Source: Atractiella rhizophila (lineage: Eukaryota). From it: a DNA stretch of 47,186 nucleotides. Under the pieces are notes generated by a model that was not told where the DNA came from, ran no database searches, and was given only the letters and a program-made list of their open reading frames with translations. The DNA lies in assembly GCA_021432655.1 (NCBI GenBank), contig MU271279.1, positions 62,001 to 109,186 of the forward strand, given 5' to 3'. Shown here piece after piece: positions 39,074 to 47,186 of the stretch; within the stretch, counting starts at the first letter, position 1; every line of letters starts with the position of its first letter. Both the position numbers and the translations under genes were made by a program.

Positions 39074-41772
39074 TTATGGATTCGTGATCCTCAACTCGCC
39101 GAATTTGAGTGCATGATCGAATCCGCTTTCTTCCCACTCGCGCAAGGAGTGATGATGATCGTCATCCGACTCTTGATGGTAGGTATAACGGTCGGAATGG
39201 TCCGAAGAATGATCGGTCACATTCGTCCTTCGATCCAACTCCGACACTGGCGATCGAGCGGCGAAATCTTTAATGGGGACGAGGAGACCGATTTCTGTCG
39301 ATAGAATCGCTGGATTGACGACGTGACAAGAGAGAAAGTACTTCGAAAGTGCATCAGTAACAGTGCGGAGAGAACGAAGACAGAGAGCGTACTCGAACTT
39401 CTCCGTTGCATGCCTTCCACACGCAGATATCCTCTTCTTGGACGATGACCCGTCCTTCGACCCTCCAGATGGTCGCTTCCTGTGCTCTGACAAGCTCGTC
39501 TTCTGTCCTCTGGACCAGACTCTTGACTCTGAGCGTGGGTCGTACACTTTCCTTTCCCGTTATGAGGTTTTTGAGAATGATGCGACGGGACAAGGCGATG
39601 CGAAGCTTGGATTTGATTTTTGACATCGAGTCGTTGTTTAGATGAGACGAGGGTGGAAAAGAAAGCGAGAATCGATAATGGATGAGGAGCGGTTTGCAAG
39701 AATGAATCTCGTAGGCGATCTAGTGACTCTCATCAGACAGGTACGGCGAAAGAAAGGAAGAAGTGAGCACAAACCTCAGCATCGACGATTGGAGCTGTTT
39801 GACCTTCCACTGCGATACGAACGGGAACGCTTGCTCGAGTCGATAGACGCGAGTAGGTCCAGTTCCCGTCATATCCCACTTCTGGATGCACAGCATGCGC
39901 TAGCAAGGGGTCGGGAACATCAACCGCACGTTTGAGGGTTACAGGAATGATCGTCCTGCCGTAAGGGGCACGTTGAACAGCGGCTACATGGATATAGCAA
40001 GTTGGCGTACCTGTCCTTCGCCTTTAAAAGTTCTTTCCTCTCCCCTCTCAGCTCCATTCTGTAGTGAACCTGGATGTCGTTGTGGAGGAAAGAAGGAGGG
40101 ACGGAATGAAGCTCGCCTTGACAGGCACATGTGACTATCGCTCTGAAAAAAAGGCACTATGTGAGCGTGGAAGGAGGTGCAGTAAAGTAATGGCGCACGG
40201 GACTGTAAAACGAAAAGTCCATTCCCGATCCTCTGGCCCGTCTCCCCTCACATCTGACGTTCGAGGTAGAATGGACTTCAGGACGGTAACAAAAGGATGG
40301 TGCTCAGGTCTAGCGCATCATACTCCGACTTAGGCTTTTACTCTTTCCAAAAGGAGAAAGACTCACGGATCACCTGAGACGGTACAAATGCCGATTAAGA
40401 TGACTTCTAACTTCTTGTAGTTCGCTAAAGAGACCTTATTGCTCACCAATCGCACACGACAGTCAATCTTCTGCCCTGGGGAAACCGGAGTTATTTTGAG
40501 AGGAGGAGAGACCTGGATCTGGACTCGCATGTTCCCATGCGTCGACCATTTCTTCCTCACTCTCCTCCTGCTTCTCTCCGTGCCTTCCGAACTCAAACGC
40601 TCAGAAGTTAGCAGAGATTGAGTGTGGTCCTCCTCCTCTTCACTCTCGGAGTGGTAGAACTCGTCATGGTAGGAATCGGAGAACTCTTCGTGGAAGTGCC
40701 CAAGGTGTTGTTGGTGTTGGTGTGGGTGATGTTGATGGTGGTGCGGGGGAGGATATGTGCCGTGATGGTGATGGTGAGGATGATGTGGTGGATGGCTAGA
40801 CCTGTGATGAAGGGAACTGAGGTGGAGGCGAGGGAAGGAGATTCCTGAGGAGTGGGACGATTCTGGATAACCAATCAGCTCCGGATGGAGCGCGGGATGA
40901 TTGCGATACACGGAGGTAGCGTTCGATCTTCCGCTCGATGTTGTTGACGGTGGATAGCCTATGAGCTCAGGATGGAGAGCTGGAAGGTTCTCGTACACTG
41001 AGACGGAAGAAGAAGAGGAAGCGATCGAAGCGGGATAACCGATGAGGTTCGGGAGAGGAGGGTCGAGGATCGCACTTGCGATTGAGGCGGAAGAGGAAGC
41101 AATGGATGAAGTCTCCGTTGGAGAGGCGGGGTATCCGATGAGTTGAGGATCAACCGACGGGAGGGAGCGTATGGAGCCCGAAGAAGACGGAGGAGAGGTC
41201 GACTGAGTGCTAGAAGAGGCAGAGGATATGTTGGAGAGCAACGAGCGAGTAGTGGGTGCGGATGTGGCTGAATTCGTCCTCGATCGCATGGAGGTAGCGG
41301 GGGTGGAGAGGAAGGATGTGGAGCTGTTGTTGAAGTCTGGCATGGGCAACGGTTTGTTCTTCGGTGCATCCGATGGCGAGGCATTGCACTCCCTCTCCTT
41401 CGCTCGATCAACTGAAGCCTTGTGCCAGCCCAACTTGTGGCCACAAAGGAAGCAGTTGGTTCCCTCTCCATCCAGTGCTCCATTATCCCCAACCCACACC
41501 GGACACCGACACTCCTTGCTCTTGCAGTGCTCCAAAGCATGTCCCGTCGCTGCCATCGCCTTCGAAATCTCCACCGCACTTAGCGAAACTCGCCTGTGGT
41601 GCCAGTAGAGCTCATGCTCGCAAAGGTCGCAACGAGTGCCAGTGATGTTGGCTTGAGCTGGAGCTTCATAGACCGGACAGTTGCATCCTGATTCACGGCA
41701 GTAAGAGAGATTGTTGGAGAGGTCGGGAGGAGGAGTTGGAGGTGCGGTGGGAGGGATCAGCTTGGAAATCAT
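39074..41772 (-). CDS. Arrestin-fold protein with N-terminal tandem Cys/His modules, PxLIGYP repeats and His-rich tract (7 exons, ~790 aa)
   Basis: Exon 1 is 41772-40367. Introns at approximately 40310-40366, 40143-40200, 39956-40010, 39882-39929, 39719-39773 and 39341-39392 give an uninterrupted frame. It includes SPGQKIDCRVRL..LEVILIGICTV..EWTFRFTVP..VPPSF..IQVHYRMELRGER (arrestin-N pattern) and ends FGELRITNP-TAA. Confidence 0.75.
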
Positions 41773-42503
41773 GATGATCGCTTTCTCGTTCGCTCGTGCT
41801 GCTGCCAAGTGATGATGAGCAAACTGCAGACAATATTCAGCACCGATGCAGGCTTTATGACGGGGAGAACTTGACAAGCCGATTACGCACCCACATAAGC
41901 AGTCAATAGTAAACGTAGAGCTTGAAGCTTGATTTTGAACGCGTATCAAGGTGAACCTGTAACACCCCCAACTCGATCGTTCGGCTTCTCTTGCTCAGAT
42001 CTCGTTCCTGTGAACGGATTTCTGGCCCTGCAGCCGTCTTTATAGAAAATGAGCCGCGAAATCGCTGGCCGTCGCACCGTCGCAGCTGCAGAATAGATAT
42101 AAGATATACTTCTGGGGACCACGCGGACCGAGCATTAGCGAACCTCTCGGTTGGGCAGATCGAGCCAACTGATAGCTTGAGATGGGTCGCCTTTGAAAAG
42201 GTTTCAAAGTTTCGGAGAGCAAGCGGAGAGCGGTGAGTTTGAAGGTGATATAAAAAGGAGAACGAGGAGGGACCTCCGCGACCCTGAGCTGTGGCGGACG
42301 GACGGTCAAAGTGACAGATGGAACAACAGCACATTAGGGTAACCCAGAGAGGGTATTGTTTGTATTCACTATATTATATCAGCAGTGCAATTGCTGTTGC
42401 AGTTGGATTGTTGTGGTAAACAGGTCCCAGAAGGCTGGAGGAATTAAGCTTGGCATTGGCATGTGAGTCGTCATGTGAAATGAAGGAGGAGGAAAACAAA
42501 AAG

Positions 42504-42584
42504 TGGAGTAGCTGGGTATCGAACCCAGTACCTTTCGCAGGCAGAAGCTGCTAAGCGAACGCTCTACCGATGAGCTACAACCCC
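42504..42584 (-). tRNA. tRNA-Ala(AGC) with 9-nt intron (42540-42548)
   Basis: GGGGTTG TA GCTC ATCGGTA GAGC G TTCGC TT-AGC-A[GCTTCTGCC]T GCGAA AGGTA CTGGG TTCGATA CCCAG CTACTCC A. Has the G3:U70 Ala identity pair and a TTTTT Pol III terminator. Confidence 0.95.
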
Positions 42585-42739
42585 GTATATTATAACAGAC
42601 AACAAGGTACACCAAAAAGGAAGCCCTGCAACAAACCCAAAAAAAAAATGCAGACGCGGCGTGCGTACCTGATTCACCTGTCCGTCTCGCCATCTTCAAG
42701 CGACCATCTCTGCAAGTCATCGTTTCTCGAAGTTCCAAC

Positions 42740-43399
42740 ATGGCGAACGCAAACATTGATGGTGAGTGCTTATATCTTTTTCAGAGCCTTCATGCTGATT
42801 ATCGATCGGGAATAGAGATAGCGAAACAATTCACCGATTTCTATTACAACACCTTTGACACGGACAGGACCGGCCTGGGGAATCTCTACAGGGATAACTC
42901 CATGCTTACATGGGAGTCGGAGCAGATTCAGGGTGCTTCTAACATCCTCACCAAGCTTACAGTGAGTCCCTACACCTAGTCAGCGGAAATTTGGATGCGT
43001 CAAGGTCGCGATGACGGCTTGAGAAGTCCTTGTTGTTTGATCAGTCACAAAAATGGTCGCTGATGGGGTTGATGCCCACAGTCTCTTCCTTTCCAGAAGG
43101 TCCAGCACAAAATCACCACCCTCGATGCCCAGCCCTCAAACCCTGGCATTGCGTCTCTCATCGTCCTTGTAACTGGTCAACTACTCGTTCGTACCGTTCC
43201 TCCTTAATTTCGCCCTCCTGATAATGTGCCAAGGTGGATGATGGCGCGCACCCAATGAACTACTCACAAATCTTCCAGCTTATCCCGACCGAAGATCAGA
43301 AGAGTTATTTTATATTCAATGATGTCTTTCGGTTCGTACCCTCCGTGTAACTTTCCATCGGTACTCATGACATGGCGTTTTAGGCTAGTGTATGGTTGA
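42740..43399 (+). CDS. NTF2: Nuclear transport factor 2, 5 exons
   Basis: [76 protein letters not shown]. Confidence 0.95.
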
Positions 43400-43664
43400 G
43401 GAATGGATTGGAGATTCGGCCTGAGCAAAGGTTGTGGATGTACAGTGATGATAACTATTTCTGGTCATGTTCTTCTCTACCTTCTCCAACCAAAGATCCC
43501 TTAGCACTGATATATCCAACAAGCAATTACATGTTGTCACATTTTACACCTTTACACCAAGCTCCGATCGGCATATGCTCTTCAAACTAGAGCGAGCAAA
43601 TAAGAGCTGAATCATTGCATTGAAATTGGTATCCTCCAAATCAGAGTCCATTCTTAAAACTTGC

Positions 43665-45173
43665 TCATCGCCAAGTGCTAAATTTGTGATGTGCCCACCA
43701 AGTATAATACTCTCCATTCTTCGTCCCCGGTCCGTAAATTTGATCAATGCCCCACTGAGGGTTATTGATGGCCGCAATCCAACTCTCCTGCTCCAACACG
43801 ATACACGTCTGATAATCGTAATTACCAGCTTCTGGTCCTCCTTGCGACTTCTTCCGGGGAATCGCCGTGCTATTGATACCGTTGCAGGAGTAGACTTGGC
43901 CTGCAATCTGGTTCGTGGTGATATCCAACCTGTTAAGGTTCATTATGAGTTCAAGTAGCCGAATGGAGAAGAGCAGACGCACCGGATCCCAGAGTTATCT
44001 GACCACAAGGACATTTGCGGCTCATTCTTGCCAATCGCAGAGTCAGCATAAGGCCAGCAATTGTCGTAACTTCCATTTGTTCAAACACTTAGTTTCAAGA
44101 ATACAGAGCAGAAGTGAAAAAATGCGTACCCAGAACAACCACCGCCGCAAAACCCATCCGTGGACCCGTTGTGGATAAAGGTCCCGAGTTTCATTCCCTT
44201 CCTGAAATCGAAAGCGGGGACATCATCAACATGAATGATATCACCTGTCCATCAATCAAATCAACATACTATCCAAATATCCTAGAAAAGGAACGAAGGC
44301 TTACCCGTAGGAATGAGGATTGGGTCAGTAGCAATGACCCTATCCCCTGCCAATTTGAGGTGATGGGAATCGATGAAGGAGACATCGTTGTAGTTATGGT
44401 ATGCGTCCAAATTCCAAAACGCGTGACTACTAAGCAAAATGGGGGTTTTCTCCCAAGCCTTCGATTCGAACTTTACATCCCAGACCCCTCCATTCCTCAA
44501 CGTGTAGGTCACTCTTGTGGTGACCTTTCCCGGGAAGCCCTGTTCTCCAGCTGGATCTTGGAGGCCGAAGACGATTTGACTCTTCGAGCTTGACAGCACT
44601 TTGAAGGGTCGTAGATCGTATCCGTTGTACCCACCATGCAAGGTATTCGCTCCATCGTGCTCGTTCGTAGGCGTGTGATAGACGGTCACGCCTTCAGTTT
44701 GGTTCGTGGTGTTCCGAGTAGGAGGGATGGAAAATGTTCCTACACCCTGATGTATTAGCAAATCGTGAGACAACTTAACAAGAAAATAATGCAGACCATT
44801 TTGAATTCGGTTTGCATACCGTCCCACGACCGGGCCAAAGAATCCTCGTTCCGTATACTGCGTCTGTCGTCATCGTGTTAGATGAATTGTCGCCCACGCA
44901 AAGAGAGAGAGAGGAAGAACAAACCAAATTATCATAACCTAACAAAACATCCCTCCAATCTCCATACCGATCAGGAACCCAAAGCGCATGTGCCGTGGCT
45001 CCCAATTCGAGGAATTGCATCTTAATGCTGCCATCCGGCGCCGATACGTCGTGCAACTTCAAGCCATCGCTTTTCGAGTTCTCAAAATCCCAATCTCTTT
45101 TCTCCAGCGAGGGAAGTCCGAAGACCGTGACGGCAAATGCGAAGGATAGGAGGGAGAAAGTGAGGACTCGCAT
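43665..45173 (-). CDS. Secreted aldose 1-epimerase (galactose mutarotase-like), multi-exon
   Basis: Signal peptide MRVLTFSLLSFAFAVTVFG and pro-peptide ending EKR. Motifs DVLLGYD, GRYANRI, LHGG, GFPGKV, HAFWNLD and CIVLEQE. Confidence 0.9.
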
Positions 45174-46167
45174 TCTCTTTCGTGTCACCGTAAAATACTG
45201 GATAACGTCAATTCGTGAAGGGACGTGACTGGGGAATTTGAAAGCAAGACAGGAAATGCTCTTTTATGGGAACTGTGGAGCGGACGATAGGCGGCATGGA
45301 GACTAAGGATAGTGAGACAGTGGGGATCACCAAAACGGGTGTGGGACCTTCAATTCGTGCGCGGGGTGCGAGCTTGAAGAACGTCATCGCACCATGGCGA
45401 GGGATCGCGGACCTGGTCTCTACAGGCGTCTGGGCTGCGGCAGCGAATTTGACAGCTCAATGACATGTAGCTATTGAATCTGCGGCTTAATGTATATATA
45501 TGTCAACGCAGGAGCACGCTGACGGGCTTTACCTGTCCTCATCTTCTCCAGAGGGAATGGACAAGTTACAGTAAGCAATGCGGGGTAACATCACGATTAT
45601 TTAATATTCACGAATCAGGAAAGGAAATACTTCCACTAACGCCTCAAATACACATGCAGATCAACGCCTGCGTTCCGGACCGTTAGGATAGAGCTAAAAA
45701 GGGTGAGGCTCCGAAGCAGGGCTGGCTCCATCCTGCCAACAGCCTTGAACGCGCCACATATCAAGTAAAGGCTTTGGCACAGCATCTTCGTGAAGTACAC
45801 ATATGATGACGGAAAAAACACAGTGCCTATTATCATCCATTGCCCCAGTTCAACTTCAAAGCTTTGGGCCAGCCCTAACCACTATCTGCGCTATCATGCT
45901 CGTGGTGTTCCCTTATAAGACATGAAATATAGCAGAACAGAAGTCGGAGAACGTCAGGCGAAACGTGTGAGACGACGCACTGGCATATCTTCATTTCCTG
46001 CTGCATTGAGAAATTGCCAGCCAGCGAGAAGGGCAAAAATGCTCGAGGGGCTAACTGCAGACCGGATCCGGTGAAAACGACGAATTGAGGAATTTGACCA
46101 GTGCTTCTATTCTCCTTCTCAACTTTTCACTCCGCCTCGTGCAATCTCTTCCCCCGGCCAAAACGAA

Positions 46168-46666
46168 ATGGCACCCTCCGCACAGTCGCACATCCAAGTA
46201 TCGATCCTCCCCTCCTCATCCTCCTTCTTTGCAGGGGAATTACTATCTTTTACTCTTACCTTCCGGAACACCTGCCCACCACCACCACCTCCTACCTCGT
46301 CCTTTTATCCTACCTCGCATCCTTTAGGAAATGCGGCAGGAGGGAGGCATGGGCGGGTTCAGTCGCTCGCTATCCCGAGCTCCGGAGTGGTCAGCGGATT
46401 GTCAGCGGAGGGGATGAAGAAGGCGCTCTCTTTGCGCTCTATAGAGGAGGATGAGGTGTCAATCGATGTTCCGCCAACCGCAGGATTGGAGGGGTGGCAG
46501 GTACCTACAACACCGCAGGCAGTGGGAGGTAGAGATGGGAGGATGGCAGGGATGGAAAGGAAGGGGTTGGTAGGCAAGCCGAGGGAGAGGAAGAGGAGCA
46601 TTTATGAGGAACGACGAATTCCAGGCAAGGAACATAGGAGGAATAGGACTGTAGGTAACGTGCCAG
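46168..46666 (+). CDS. RGP1-like protein, first exon (continuation not resolved in window)
   Basis: N-terminal IQVSILPSSSSFFAGELLSFTLTFRN matches the fungal Rgp1 start pattern. GTGAGT donor at 46667. Confidence 0.6.
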
Positions 46667-47186
46667 GTGAGTAGTTCACTACTGACCATCGTTGGCTTGT
46701 TTGGGACATGTTGAATTCTCTTGTTTTATGCATGAAGATTGTGTAGGAGCTGTTTTTCTTCCTGTTATGTCTTAGCACAGCGGTGCTCAGAGTAATGACC
46801 AAAAGAGCAAGGTCGGCACCTTCTGCAAGGTGAGGAGGTTGCCTCTTTCCTAGGCTGATTGTGAAGGAAACTTGACATCTAAGAAGGCCTTACTTTTAGG
46901 ACAGAAGACGGACACGCGTTTTAGTACATTGATGTCCTTTCCTTTATAAGATCATGAACTGGATTTGTACAAGGAACGGCACTCGCGCTTTACCTGTACC
47001 TCCTATTCGTGCACCGCGTCAGGTGATCTGCCTCAGGGCTGGTTGGTTTGAACGGAGGAAAGGATATGTTTACACCTAGAAGAATCACGGGTGCTGTGTC
47101 TTATACTCTTTTTCTCGTGGTACCTGATATTTGGAAAGAATACACAATCAGTCTCTTTAACTCTTTATTGCCAACCTATCTGCTCC

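Larger units (their letters stand above)
33899..42218 (+). repeat. Copy 2 of the duplicated segment
   Basis: Collinear with 24748-33873. Confidence 0.95.

Noticed and set aside
40860..41150. Regularly spaced DNA repeats as a CRISPR-like array
   Set aside because: These are eukaryotic coding repeats that vary at synonymous positions, with spacers in frame.
24748..42218. Long direct repeats as LTRs or a transposon
   Set aside because: The repeats are the whole gene-bearing segment. No gag/pol, transposase, TIR or target-site duplication was seen.

Overview
Gene-dense, intron-rich fungal genomic DNA, almost certainly from a basidiomycete: it carries the Basidiomycota-typical spermidine synthase-saccharopine dehydrogenase fusion and short GT..AG introns. 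Left half, in order: MPDU1-like PQ-loop gene, thymidylate kinase, RCC1-repeat protein, Zn2Cys6 transcription factor (followed by a decayed copy of its own 3' end), secreted six-hairpin GH88/GH105-like hydrolase, SPE3-LYS9 fusion head-to-head with a carnosine N-methyltransferase, mitoribosomal mS35/RSM24, a small CsbD-like stress protein and a single-pass cell-surface protein. From 24748 to 42218 one ~8.3-9.1 kb segment occurs twice, joined exactly at a 25-N gap, so it is either uncollapsed haplotypes or a tandem duplication. Each copy has an MFS transporter and a convergent arrestin-fold gene, which is intact only in copy 2. That ~790 aa protein is the most unusual object in the window: two Cys/His zinc-binding-like modules, four PxLIGYP repeats and a long His-rich tract in front of an arrestin-like fold. 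The right end has tRNA-Ala(AGC) with a 9-nt intron, NTF2, a secreted aldose 1-epimerase and the 5' part of an RGP1-like gene. All exon structures were inferred by eye. No alignments or database searches were run, and family calls rest on recognised motifs.
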